Below are positions 12,691-24,981 of a stretch of DNA of 56,945 nucleotides, one piece after another. The translations under genes were made by a program, and so were the position numbers. The DNA lies in NCBI GenBank assembly GCA_031835245.2, contig JAVKOQ020000093.1, positions 124,001 through 180,945 of the forward strand, read 5' to 3'. Positions within the stretch are counted from its first letter, which is position 1. The number at the start of each line of letters is the position of its first letter. The stretch is from Balamuthia mandrillaris (taxonomy: Eukaryota). The notes beneath the pieces were generated by a model. It had not been told where the DNA came from. It did no database searches and was given only the letters and a program-made list of their open reading frames with translations.

Positions 12691-15600
12691 TTAAAACTGT
12701 ACTTCCTGATAACCAACGGCCTGTATTTTAGGATCCACAAGGACAGCAAACATGGCCTCATACTTTGAGCCAGGACAGGGTCGCTTTAGGTAGAGTTCCT
12801 TGCGGTACCTCTGCATTAGCTCGTCTAGGCTGTCGCATTCTACTTTGCCTATAGCGTACTTGCTTCCTGGCCTGTGGGTTATCCTGTAGTGCTTCAGCTG
12901 TGCCTTCTTGTTAAGCACCGTTAGGGCGTAGCCACCGGCTTCAGAGCTGCTGAAACGCAGCAGGAATGTTCCCTTTTTCTGGTTGACGATTGCTTTCTCA
13001 GCTTCCCCAGAGGAGATTGGGCCATGGAAGAACCTGTTTGTTTACGGAAAGATAACGATCAGCAAGTTCCTTCTCTTCTCTCGTTCTCTCTTCTCTCTAC
13101 TATGGGTCCACAGGCAACAAACAACGTACGCTTTTTTCAGCAGATCGTGAATCTACAACAAAAAAGATGTGAAAGTTAGAATAAACAAAGCCAGAAGGAC
13201 TGAGAGAAAGTGATTCATAATACCCTATTAAGTATACCCTGCTCTTTCAAAGGCCCAAACCATTCCAACATCTTTGAAAAGTTCTCAATTGTAACTTGGT
13301 CGTCACCATCAGGGCACGTTACAGCCTTTAGGCATTGGAAGTAAATATCAGTGGGGTCGTTAGGCGGAGTGATGTTGGTGGTTTGACAAAAGGCCATCGC
13401 AAAATCCTTCCATGATACCACCCACTTGCCAAGAAAGCGAGAACGCCACAAAGCACGACCAACAGTGTCGTTGATGACACCATCCACAATGATTTCGTCG
13501 AATCGGGGGATGAGTTCCTCGAAGCTGGGTCGCTTCTCGGGCTCTGGATGCCAGCAGGCGTTGACAAGGTCACGAAGGCTCTGTGGAATACTTTTCGGTA
13601 GAGGAGGGCGTTTGTGCTCTAAACAAACGGCCTCCACCAAGTCAACCAGACTCTCAATTTCTTGCCAAGGGTCTTGGCCGCAGAGCAACTCCCAAAGAAC
13701 GATACCAAAGCTGTACACGTCTGCTTTTTCATCATATTCTTTGTTCATAAGTACTTCGGGAGCCTATTATGTTTGAGATTGTGCAAATATAAATAACAGA
13801 GATGAGAACAGAACTAGTACTGCCAAAAACACTTCTGACGTACCATCCAGAGCGGTGTTCCTATAGGTCCGTGCTTTTCTTTCTTCTCTGCGGCGTCTTT
13901 CTTAACCACAGAAAGACCAAAGTCAGCCACTTTCACGGTCCAATTACGGTCCACCTAAACGAGAATTGGAGTTAGTACATGCTGCGTAGAAAGAGAAACA
14001 CAAAGAAAGGAATAACGTGCCAACAAGTTAGCTGCCTTAAGATCCAAATGCAGGAACTGAGGCTTGGAGCGATGCAGCCAATTAACACCCAAAGCGGCGT
14101 CCTTGGCGAATATCATTTTGCGCTTGAAGCTAAGGTTAACTTCGGGCTTACGGAGCAGATCGTAAACACTGCCTCTTGGCATCAATTCTGTGACAATAAG
14201 CAAATTACCAGGCCGTGTGCAGGCTCCCATGAAAAGTAGTACGTTAGGATGTCGCAGAGTGCTGCATATGATATCGTTAGAATTCCAGAAAAATAATAAA
14301 TTAGAGAAAAGGGGGAACATTGCACCTCATTATAGCGACCTCCTTTCTAAAGTCTTCGAGAGTTTTGTCGTCGAACTTTTGGGTGGAGAGCTTTTTCACG
14401 GCCACTTCTTTACCATGCCATTCAGCCTTGAAGACCGTGCCAAAGCTGCCAGTGCCCAGCGAATTGCCGGGGCTCTTGATTTCGTCGGGGTCGATCTCCC
14501 ATCGGGCCAGCCCCGTGGGGTCCTGCTCGGCTTCTATGATGCGAGCACCTCTCCGCTCGGAACCAGCGATGCTGGCGGGAGCGCCTGCCTGGCCAGCCAC
14601 AGTAGTGAGCATGGTGTTTGTGCCCAGCACCGATTTGTCAAACTGAAAGCCACTTGCCGAGGGCGCGGCCAAAGTGGAATGGAACTGTTGGGTGGTGGTC
14701 ATGACGGTTCCACCAGGAACCAAAGGGGTGGCTGCTGAGGTGAGCGTGCATGCCTTCAGGGAGAGCTTGTATATGCAGATGCAGTGATCATAGGAACCAG
14801 ACCAGGCCATCCAGCAAGAATTCTTTTGGGTGTAGACTGGCAAACAGGTAGATACCGAGTCAGCATGGTAACCGGAGAGCTTGCAGATAGGTTTGCCGGT
14901 GGAGCTGTCCCACAGGCACATGGTTTTGTCCCACGAGCAACTCCAGACATAGGAACCAAACGACACCAACGAAAAGACGTATCCTTTGTGCTCTTTGCCC
15001 GAGCCTTCCTTCTCAAAGGTCTATTGTTTGAAATAAAACATATCGCGACAAGCCTCATCGTTAATACATGCACGTGAGAGAGAGAGAGAGAGAGGAGAGC
15101 TTGGGACAAAACGAAAGGAAAAATGAGGAAATAAAACCTTGGGGTTCCAAATACAGATGCTGTGATCATCGGACGCGCTCCACACCTTGGAGTCGGTCAC
15201 AAGTAGAGCGTTGACCTTGCGTGTATGACCCTCCAATTCTTTCACCAATTTGAGCTGTTTGGCATGCCATACACGTATCTTCTTGTCAGTGCATCCGCAC
15301 CACACGTACTTTCCATCGCTGGCCATGGTTAATATGTACGCCTCACTTGGCAACTCTTTCTTAAGTTCTAATGTCTGTTTTTAAAAACCCAAAATTTGGA
15401 AAAAGCATTAGTGAGAAGTCTTTGCAAACAAAGAAACGACCAAAAACAGAGATAAGGAATACCTTGGCATCGAAAATTTTGATGGTATCCTTGCAGCCAC
15501 ACCACACTTCTTTGCCAGCAACCAGCACCACGGAAAAGTGAGGGCCTTGCTCTTCCTTCAACAAGGTACCTCGCTCGTCACGAATCTGCAAGGAACGTTC

Positions 15601-16971
15601 GGAGCCGCTCCACATGTTTGTACCGATGCTTTTGATGCAAAGAATGCGTCCTTGCTCTGTGTTGATCTGTGCAAGGAGTTTCATCTGATCTGCGTCCCAA
15701 ATGCTGATGAAACCGTCCGAATCAGCACTCCATACGTGCCAGCCTGAGCCCGTTACCTCCATGCAATTTATAGACTTGGTGTGACCCACCAACTTTCTAG
15801 TGAAGCGAGCGTACTGCGTGACCTCCGGATCCTCCGAGCATCGCTCCTCCTCTTCAGCCTTGGGTAACAATCACCAAAATGATAAAAAAAGAAGAACCCC
15901 CCAAAAAAATAGTAAGCATAAATGAGGCTGTGGGGACAACAAAACTAATAAAATGACAACAAACCCCAAAGAGAAGAGGATATTCGTAGATCATCAGACG
16001 AATGGTGTCGTTGATGTGCACGTAGTCCTCAAAGGCGCCAGCCTTGTCCCTCTCTCCCTTTTTCCACAACAGATTCTTGGACATGAGGGACGAGAGGCTG
16101 CTAGCGTCCATCTTGGTGGAATTGGAGTTTAGATGGATGAGGTAGAGCAAGTGCATCAGTTCCCCTAATACGACCTGGTTCGCCGGAGGAAGTTGGTCTA
16201 TGAGCTCAGCCAGTGCTTGCAAGCATTCAACTGTGTCTTCAATCTCTGTTGCATCGCTTAGCCTCAGCATTACATGTACATCTGACGAACTAACCACACA
16301 GGAAGAACAACACTTCAAAAGACAAACAAAAACAGAATAGAGTAGAAGCCAACAAACAATAAAGCAAAGCAAAGAAAAAGAAAAAGAAAAGGGCATCAGT
16401 ACAAACCAGCAATGCTGACCCATTTGGAGTAAAGAGAGGAGGAAAGCAAGCAGTCAGGAAGGGCGTGGAGGAAGGCCTTGAGCAAGCTTGCCACCGTGTT
16501 AACATCCTGCACCTGCTCCAGGTCGATCTCCTCGCCGGCATTCAGCAACTCCTGGTACTTTTGTACCTCGGGACCAGAGCCAGCGAGCTTCAATATGCCA
16601 GCCACAGTAAGGCCTTTGCTGATGAGAAACTTTATGGTTTGGGCCAGGAAGAAGGGGGCGCGGAGGTGCGGCCTCATGGCCTGGTCCTGAGCCAACAGCT
16701 CTTCTAGGCTGCTGCCGAATACCGGAAGACGAGGAGCTGCCTTGGTGGTACTACTAGCGGTTTGCGGGGTGGTCTGTTGGGAACCCTCATCTTCAACCTT
16801 GGCCTTTCCTTTGTCTTTCTTTCTGGGGGATGGCGACTTGTTTGCTTCCGTCGTTGGGCTCTTTCCGCCCGTCTTGGTTGTGGACTGCTTCTTCGTGTCT
16901 TCGTCTGTCCGTTTGGTGGTGGGAGCGGTGGTGGTCTCCTGCGCCGCTTTAGGGGCTCGTTTGGAAAACAT
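12691..16971 (-). CDS. RhoGAP - WD40-like propeller - TKL protein kinase - SH2 multidomain protein (Shk-like kinase); multi-exon
   Basis: RhoGAP: VFGSSLEE, DVNTVASLLKAFLHALPDCL, LPPANQ, KMDASSL. WD repeats: GHTKSINC, GHTRKVNAL, WSCSWDKT, GYHADSV. Kinase: LGTGSFG, VAVKK, HLDLKAANLL, KVADFG, KADVYSFGIVLWE. SH2: FFHGPIS...GTFLLRFSSS. Confidence 0.9.
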
Positions 16972-17790
16972 GGTCGGTGGTCACAAGTGAGTACCGCCTA
17001 TTTGTGATTTTACACACAACAAAAAAACAACAACAACAATATGTTAAGGCGAGGAAGAGGGGAGCAGAGCTTTGCGCGCGGGGAAGGAGGGCGTTGGTGC
17101 TGCGAACCTCTTCTCTCCCTCTCGCTTGCCACTCTTGTCTCTCTCTAGAAGGGGGTTGTTTGTTTTTTTTTGGTTTGGGGGGCTAATTATTATTGGCAAT
17201 TCAACTCTTTTCTGTCGACATTCCGCGAACGTAAATTGCTTGAGGAGCACCTCGTTTGACATTCTGTCGACTTAAACAGCAGAAGTACTGCTATGAAGCT
17301 GCTGGATTTGTGCTCATCAGCCGTGATGGCGGAATAGCCCTCTGCTCTGCGCTGATGCAAGCGCGGGGGAAAAAAACTAATGTGAGGGGAGGGAGAGGTG
17401 AAAGAAGCCAAGTGTGGGTGGAGTGGCGGGAGAGTGAGATTACTGTTTTGTTTTTTGTTTTTTGTTTTTTTTTTTTTTTTGGAGTAGCGAAGGGGAGGTG
17501 GCCCCCTTTTATTTTGTGTTTGGTTAGTGTCCCGGAAGGAGTTTAAAAGAAAGACTAACACGGGGTGCAAATACAGGCCACGACTTGCGCACAAGGCAAA
17601 GGTAAAAAAAATCCCCTTGCTTTCGCTATTTAATCTCAGAGATTTCAACACTTCATCATGGCAGATGCTAAGCCTTCTTTTTCCAAAAAAAAAGTCCTTT
17701 GGAGTGTAGAGTGGCTCTAGCTGGTGAGAAACCACAACAACACTGCAAAAGAAAAACAACAAAACAAAAGGAGGCGCGTGCGAACAAAGA

Positions 17791-19625
17791 ATGTGGGCAA
17801 GACTGACAGGAGAAGGGGTGGACGTGGAGGCCCCACCGAATGGGGAGGGGTTGGTGCTTGGTCGCAAGAAAGACCCTAGCTCCTCCTCCGCTTTTATTCG
17901 AATCCCCAACGACAAGACCGTCAGTCGCAAGCACGCCCAACTCAAGTACAACGAGGCTAACCATCGCTGGCAGGTGAAGGTCTTTGGCAAGAACGGACTC
18001 TACGTCAACGATGTGTTGCACTACCCTGTAGACGAGGAGGCCGAGGAAGAGGAGGAAGGTGCTCAAGCGACGAGCGGTAAGGCATGGATCCCTTTGGCGG
18101 ACGGCTCCCTTCTACAAGTTGGAGACTTGGTGCTAACGTTTCGTTTGGCGGCCGACCAACAACATCACAACGGTATTAACGACAACAAAGCAAAAGGCAA
18201 AAAGAAGAAGGGAAGCTCGGAAGAAGAGGTCGGCCAACTTGCCAAGCCTCGTGTTGGTATGAGGACACGAAGCGCCACAAAAGCTACCAGCGGCGGCAGT
18301 AGGAAGGCCAAGGAGGAGGAAAAGAAAAAGAAATCTAAGGGTAAGTCCAGCGCTGCCACTGGAACGGGCGAAAGGAACGGTGCTCACTCGGGCCGGCGAC
18401 GGAAGAAAGCAAAGGAGGTAGAAGATGAGGATGGGAACGAAGCTGAGCTGGCCGTTATAGAGGAGGACGACGAGGACAACGGAGTGGATGAAGGAGCAAA
18501 AATGGAGGAGGAAGACGAAGAGGAAGAAGGGCAGCAGCTCATTATAGACGAGAGCTACGAGGACGAAGCTTCCAACCAGGCTTTCCCTAGCAATGGAGGA
18601 GGCGAAATGAATCTCAACAGCAACGGAGGGCTTAAACGCAAGCGCGATCATGAAGAAAAAGAGTGGGAACGGCGGCGGCAAGAAGAAGAAACGGAAAAGA
18701 AAAAGCAAAAAGAAAAGAACAAGAAGAAGAAAGGCAAAAAGAAAAAGGACTTATTCGATGACCTTCCCACGCCGGAGGGTTGGAATAAAGAGGACTCGCC
18801 ACCCTCCAAACGGAAGCGGCACACACACGGCATCAAACAGTACGTACCCGTCAAACGGGACAAGGAAGGCAACATCAAGTTTCCCATCGTTATCGGTGGA
18901 CTCAAGGTCTACAGCCTGGGTAGCATCGTATGGGACCGCAAAAAGTTCCACGCCAAGCGTTACATTTGGCCAGTTGGCTACAAGAGTACTCGCGTCTACC
19001 CGTGCATGGATGACCCCAGTCTTAAATGTGTCTACACCAGTGAGATCTTGGACGGCAAGGACGGGCCATTGTTTCGCGTCTCTCCTTCCGTTGGTGGTCG
19101 TGTTATCACCGCCAGCACTGCTAGCGGCGCTTGGACCGGTGAGTTTCTCCCTCTCTCTCTCTCTCTCTCACTCATTAGCTAAAAAGTAACACATAACAAA
19201 AACATAAAGAAATTGTAAAAACAGTGAACGGCTTAAAGTTGGAGAAAACAGGAAAGCGTCTCTTTACGACAGTGAGCGGACCTGAGATGTTTGGCTATTC
19301 CCATCCGACCATCGCCAAGCTCATCCAAGATCTGCCGGGGGCCGAAAAGTGTCGCAGGTACATTTTCCAGGAGTACGTAGAGAAGCAGGGTGCATTGGTG
19401 GGCGGAGGTGACGACGAGGAGGACAACGAAGAGGCGGAGAACGAACGAGCTGGCGAGGAGGAAGCCGATGAGGACGAACTGCAGGAAGACGATCTTGAAC
19501 AACAACAAATTGACACGGGAGGAGGTGCTGGTGCTGCTGGTATGTTAGAGGTTGAGGAAGAGGAGGAAGTCGAAGGCGGTTCCATTCCCATTCTTGCCAC
19601 TGCCCTGCATCACAACAACACATGA
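17791..19625 (+). CDS. FHA + FYRN/FYRC (TBRG1-like) nuclear protein; 2 exons
   Basis: FHA: LVLGRK...VSRKHAQL...GKNGLYVND. FYRN: LKVYSLGSI...YIWPVGYKSTRVY. FYRC: VSGPEMFGYSHPTIAKLIQDLPGAEKC. Intron at about 19139-19210. Confidence 0.88.
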
Positions 19626-19778
19626 CGACACAGCAACTTTCTTCTCTCTTTCTCATCTTTTTTTTTTTGTCAGTGTGTTGGTTGGTGCTTTTACCACAAA
19701 CACTCCCTTATTTATAAGTTAATACTTTTACAACAACAAAAAACTTTGTACATTCGCATGTTTGTCTTCTGGTCTCTT

Positions 19779-20002
19779 TCAGATGGATTCCTTGTTTCTC
19801 TCGAAAGAGAATAGGCTAAGTGAACCGTCGGCGGCCCCAACGAGGAGGCTGGCCTCGTCCATCGCCAAGGAGCGAACTCCATCCAAAAACCCAAACGCGC
19901 TGAGGCACGTGCCCTCCTCCACGTCGAATACCCGCAGCGTGTGGTCTGCTGACCCGCTCACTACTCGCCTGCAAAAGTGATTGTAAGTTTTTGAGGTAAC
20001 GA

Positions 20003-20036
<34 letters not shown>

Positions 20037-20801
20037 AAAAGAAGAGCACGAACCGGCCATCGCAAACAATGCAAGTTACATCTCTTCGGTGGCCCAAAAA
20101 TGTGCCGATTTGCTCTTCTTCGCCTTCACTGGTATCCCATACTGCACGCCACAGATTGTAAGACAATGATCAAAAGAGAGCAAACAAAGAAGTAGCAAGT
20201 TAACGTTAAAAACATCATCATACTTCTAACGGTGGAGTCCCGAGAACCAGAAACGAGGCGATCGTAATCATAGTAGGCCAGGCAGATCACTGGGCTGGGG
20301 TGCTGGTTTCATTGTCAATACAAAGATCCATAGAAGAGAAAAAAAAGGAGGAGAGCAGGAACGATTGAAATAAGAGATGGGAAAGCGGTACCTGCAACTT
20401 AGCGCAGCGACCCATTCGTGTATCGTGGCAGTATACAGCATTACCAGCGCTGGTGACCACCATATAGTCTTTAGTTTGGAGACAGGTTACGGGGCGCGGG
20501 TGTTTAAAAGCGAAAAGGTTGCTGCTGGCGAAGCCTTTGTCAGGGCTGCGTGCGTCCCATGCCTTTACGAAACCATCCATCGAAGCGCTCACTATGCAAC
20601 AGATGAGAATGCGAAGCAACTTAAACAACATAAAGTTGAGAAGTACAAACGGATGGTTTTGGTGCCCTGGCTCACGTGTACTTTTGTTATTGGTTCTGTG
20701 TGGCCGTTCCATACATGCACACATTGTCTCTCCTCCAAATCCCTGCATTTCACATTGATGAGAACGAGAGAGAGAGAGAGAGAGAGAGAGAAGAAGAAGA
20801 A

Positions 20802-20844
<43 letters not shown>

Positions 20845-21967
20845 CGAAGGAGAGATAGGGTACCATAACCGCAGGTCGTTGGCACCGCTGACCACATTGC
20901 GCTCATTCATAGACAAACACTCTGCGTTGGTGCATAAAGTGGTCACAGGAAGTAGATGTGAGTGCATGATACTTCACTTTGCTTTTTCGCTCCCCCACTC
21001 TTCCAAAAAGAAGGCAGCCAAAAGGACAATAGCGTACCAACGGCATGTCTGTGGCCCACTAACGTTGCTATGCATTCAGCAGAATCCGTTCTCCAGATCT
21101 TAAAAGGTGGATGTAAGACAAAGAAGCAAGTAATAACACAAACAGTAGCACATCATCGCCAATCCATCAGAAGAAGAAGAACAACAAGAAGAAAGAAGAA
21201 GAATAAGAAGAAGAGGGTTGGAAAACCTTGAGGGTGGAGTCAGCAGACGCGCTGACGATGCGTTGCCAACGGACCTGCATGGCGCGTATCTCAGCGGTGT
21301 GCCCTCTCAATGCAAGACAATGGGCGCCGTTGTGGGCGTCCCAAAGGTGAAGGACGGCATCAGCGCCGCCGCTGAGGGCCATGCTGCCCTCCACGTACAC
21401 GCAGTTGACGCTGTCCGTGTGCTCCTGCAGCTTAAACGTAGAGCAGAGGCCGGTCTCCCAACGGGCCTCCGCGAGGACGCCCCTCTTCACGGCGGCCTTC
21501 CAGTCCTGTCGGCACACGTTGTCGCGCTTCCAGTAGGTCATGTAGAGGCTCTTCCACAGGCTCTCATCTGTGATTAACCGTCGAAACTCTTTGCAAACGC
21601 ATGACCCAATGCTTAGCTGAGATTTTGGTGTTGTCCCATCATCACACGGATCAGATCTTAGCCTGGTACTTTGGCGAAAGAAGAAGAGGGGGAAGAAGAA
21701 GAAGGAACGGGAACGAACCTCGATGGGGTCCATGAATGAAAATATGTACAAGAAAAGCTCATCGGCCAGCACGAAGAGTCCTTTGCCTTCCTTTCGGCGG
21801 CAGTATTGGCCCAGAGAGCGCCTCCTTTGTTGATGGGTGGTGTTGTTGCTGTGGTTGTTGGCGTTGTTGTAGGGGTAGGTCGCTGGCGAAGAGGCCTTGG
21901 GTCTCCCTGTGGTGGATATAGTGGGCGAGTTCAACTCGCTCCAGCTGTAGTGCGGCGCCTGGCTCAT
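19779..21967 (-). CDS. F-box/WD40-repeat protein; multi-exon
   Basis: F-box LADELFLYIFSFMDP..L...VCKEFRRLITDESLWK. WD repeats: EHTDSVNC, GHTAEIRAM, GHTEPITKV, SASMDGFVKAWD, GHRRDVTC, VSGSADHTLRVFD. Confidence 0.9.
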
Positions 21968-22200
21968 CGCTTCTCCCACAAACTTTTTTTGTTTGGGCGG
22001 GAAAGCAACCACCCGGTGGAGCTATGTACGTGGTGGGTGGTGGGTGGTGGTGGGGTGGGTCCAATGCCCTGAAAGAACCTCCTTCTCCTCCTCCTCTTGG
22101 TGGTCTTGCTTCCTCTCCTGTTACCCTTTCTCGGGTCGACGCACTCCGCAGCCATGTCGTCTTGAAGTGATGCAAGTCCCACCCCAAGGGGCCTGGCGGC

Positions 22201-22330
22201 GAGAAGGAAGGTTGTTTTGGCGGGAAACATGCTCATTGGCCCAAAAGACTAATGTCGTGATTTCTTTTTTCGTTGTCCTTAGATCTTATGATCTTTGCGC
22301 CGCCTCCTTCTCCCACGTCTCTGAAGGCAA
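22201..22330 (-). mobile_element. Solo, internally inverted copy of the left end of the Fanzor mini-element
   Basis: 22201-22305 matches 48007-48112 with one substitution and one indel. 22305-22330 is the exact reverse complement of 47989-48014. Confidence 0.75.
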
Positions 22331-22595
22331 CCCTCCTGCCGTTTCCGGTGGGTGGTCCCAGGCCCCTTGAAAATGGTGATCAACAGAGGAGGAGGAGGAG
22401 CTACCAGGACAGACCACCAAGGGGAGGGTGGAGGACCCTTGCTTTTGCTGTGGTGCTTATTTTGTTTCATATTATTTATTCTAATGCACAGCTTCTACTA
22501 CTACTACTACTAATAACAACAACAAAAAAGAGGGAGCACACAATACTTGGGGGGAAGCAGGGAGTAGCTGCTGCGCTCCGCTGGAGGAGGCTATT

Positions 22596-24515
22596 TTAAT
22601 TCTTGAACTGGGTGTCGCCGTTCTGCTTGACCCAGCTGCCGTCGTCCCTCCTCTGGTAGATCTTAACCCTGGGAGAGGCTCTGCTTTTGGAGCTGTCGCA
22701 AGAGCCGGACGAGGTGCAGGTAAATATCTTAAACTTGTAGGTGTCAATCTTTCTGATCCTCCAGGGGTTGGTCTTGGCCAAGGTGTCGAAGTGCAGGTGG
22801 CTCTCGTCCCACGCCACTTGGTCGCTGGAGATGCAGTAACGGTTGTCGTCCACGTCCACGCTGCCGTACTCGGAGTTCTCGATGAAGACGTTGCAGAGCT
22901 TCAGGTCTGCCGTGAACTGCCACATCTGCAACCAGCTGTCCGCCTGGCAGGTGCTCCAAGTGAGCTTACAGCTGGAGGGGTCGTTGGTCGTGGCGCAGTT
23001 GGAGCTTGCGGAGAGGCACAGGCCGGACTTATCCCCAATGAAACGGTAGATGGTGCCGTCTCCTGGTTTGGCGCCGTCGCCAGCCCCAGATTTCTTCTTG
23101 CATTTGCTGCCAAACAAAGCGTTGGATACTTTACAGGCCAGCTTATTGACGGTGCTGACTCCCTTGGCCACTGCATCCTCGGTGAAGTCTCCAACATCGG
23201 CGGAGATACGGGCAATGTCCCTGCCGGTATCGAGGAAGAACTCGGTGGCCTCCTTGATCACCCACTTGACTCCGTCCCAAATGGCCGTGAAGAAGGAGTT
23301 GGCAAAGTTGCAGGACGCCTTGGCCTTGTCACCGTTGAATGCTGGGAACTTGAAGGTGCAGTAACAGTTCAGGCCGAATCCTCGGATGGAGAAGCCAGCA
23401 GCTGACCCTGTCACGAAGACGCCGAGGCCAGCGTCACTACCAGCCACTATCTTGGGCACGGGCACGCCGAGCTCCTTCAACAGGCCGTTGAAGTGAAATA
23501 TGGTCTTCTCTACAGCGTCTTGGAGGCTTTCAGCCACGTTGGTGTTGAGGTAGGCGTACACTCCCGCCTCCACGCCTGAGGTCCCCCCGCCGTTGCTGAT
23601 GAGGAGGTTAGCCCCGTCCACCGTGAAGATAAAGGCCTTCAAGAAATTCTTGGTGAGGTCATCCAGTTTGAGCGTGATAATGCCCTTAACATTAAAGTGA
23701 GTCTCCGTGGCGCCTTTCATTTCATCCAGCAGGGAGGACGCCTCTTCCGGCGAGCCCAGGGAGGTCAACGCGTCGACGAACGGCTGCGAGTCTGAGAAAT
23801 CAAAGATGCGGGTCGCTTCGCCCGAGATGTCGATGATCTTGTTGATGGTGTTGCTGCCCGCCCCCCAAAAGTTCGGCAAACTCACCCTCAACGAGTCAAA
23901 GTAGTGGCCCTGCACCGTGACCTCCTTTACCTCTGCAATGTTGTCCTTGGGCAAGGCCACATTGAATGTGTACACATAACGCCTTTCTCGGGACATACCA
24001 AAAGCCACATTGTTGACGACAGCCACTGCGTCGGACAGAAGGGCGCTCATGCCAGATCCTGTTGAGGCAATACATTTGAGCATCGCCTTGTTGAGGGAGA
24101 TGGCCACCGAGCCACAGTTGTCAAAGGTGAAGCACACGTTTGCATCGCTCCCAGCGGCACAAGCCGGCTTGCCGAAGAAGGACACCACCCCAGTCTTGGT
24201 GGACGTTGGCAACGGAAGATGCCAGCAGCCGCCGTTGTAGAGGTCGGAGTCGAAGGGAGTAAGCTCACTGCCCCAAAAGTCACCCACACACACCGACGGA
24301 TTGAACCATTGCTGGGTAATGGTAAGGATGGCGCTCTCGAAGAATACCTTGGCTTGGTCAAAATCGGGGATGACGGACGTTAGGGCGGTCGTGCTGGCGC
24401 ATTCCCCGGCAAACCCGTAGCCGCTGTTGCAGGTCGTCAGGTTTTGCTGGGCGGCCAGCACCGCCGCCAGTAAGTTTACAAGTATGCAAGCCAGCAAAGG
24501 CTTGACTGCCGCCAT
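22596..24515 (-). CDS. Intronless 639-aa secreted Cys-rich protein with a C-terminal ricin-B/beta-trefoil-like lectin region
   Basis: Uninterrupted ORF. Signal peptide MAAVKPLLACILVNLLAAVLA. C-terminal YRFIGDKSGLCLSA...TWSTC...LQMWQF (QxW motif)...RYCIS. Confidence 0.75.
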   Translation of the reverse strand: MAAVKPLLACILVNLLAAVLAAQQNLTTCNSGYGFAGECASTTALTSVIPDFDQAKVFFESAILTITQQWFNPSVCVGDFWGSELTPFDSDLYNGGCWHLPLPTSTKTGVVSFFGKPACAAGSDANVCFTFDNCGSVAISLNKAMLKCIASTGSGMSALLSDAVAVVNNVAFGMSRERRYVYTFNVALPKDNIAEVKEVTVQGHYFDSLRVSLPNFWGAGSNTINKIIDISGEATRIFDFSDSQPFVDALTSLGSPEEASSLLDEMKGATETHFNVKGIITLKLDDLTKNFLKAFIFTVDGANLLISNGGGTSGVEAGVYAYLNTNVAESLQDAVEKTIFHFNGLLKELGVPVPKIVAGSDAGLGVFVTGSAAGFSIRGFGLNCYCTFKFPAFNGDKAKASCNFANSFFTAIWDGVKWVIKEATEFFLDTGRDIARISADVGDFTEDAVAKGVSTVNKLACKVSNALFGSKCKKKSGAGDGAKPGDGTIYRFIGDKSGLCLSASSNCATTNDPSSCKLTWSTCQADSWLQMWQFTADLKLCNVFIENSEYGSVDVDDNRYCISSDQVAWDESHLHFDTLAKTNPWRIRKIDTYKFKIFTCTSSGSCDSSKSRASPRVKIYQRRDDGSWVKQNGDTQFKN

Positions 24516-24813
24516 CTGGTGGAAAAGAGCTTTTTTTTCGTGTTGGTTTTGTAAGTGTTACGATAGACTTAAAATAAACAAGCTTGCCTGCATTGGTTTT
24601 ATTTTTCGCATAACAGCCCGCTCTGCAACCGTGCTATTTTAACAATATAGCACATAATCCTCTTATGGTCAAAACTGGCGGACTGTCCTATAACCAGGTT
24701 GATTGGTCATTGGCTGTGGGGCGCAAATAGTCCCCAAACTTGGATAAATAAGAATATTAAACGCACGATTCACTTGTTTCGTGTTATTCGCAAACCAGTC
24801 TTTTTTTTGAACT

Positions 24814-24934
24814 TCACAAAAAGGCCAGCCCTTCATATTTCGTATCCGGTGAGACCTATGATCATTGGTCGTGGAAGGAGATAATTAGAACTGAAACAGA
24901 GAGCGGGAGATAAGATCAAACTGCGAAGACTCAA

Positions 24935-24981
<47 letters not shown>

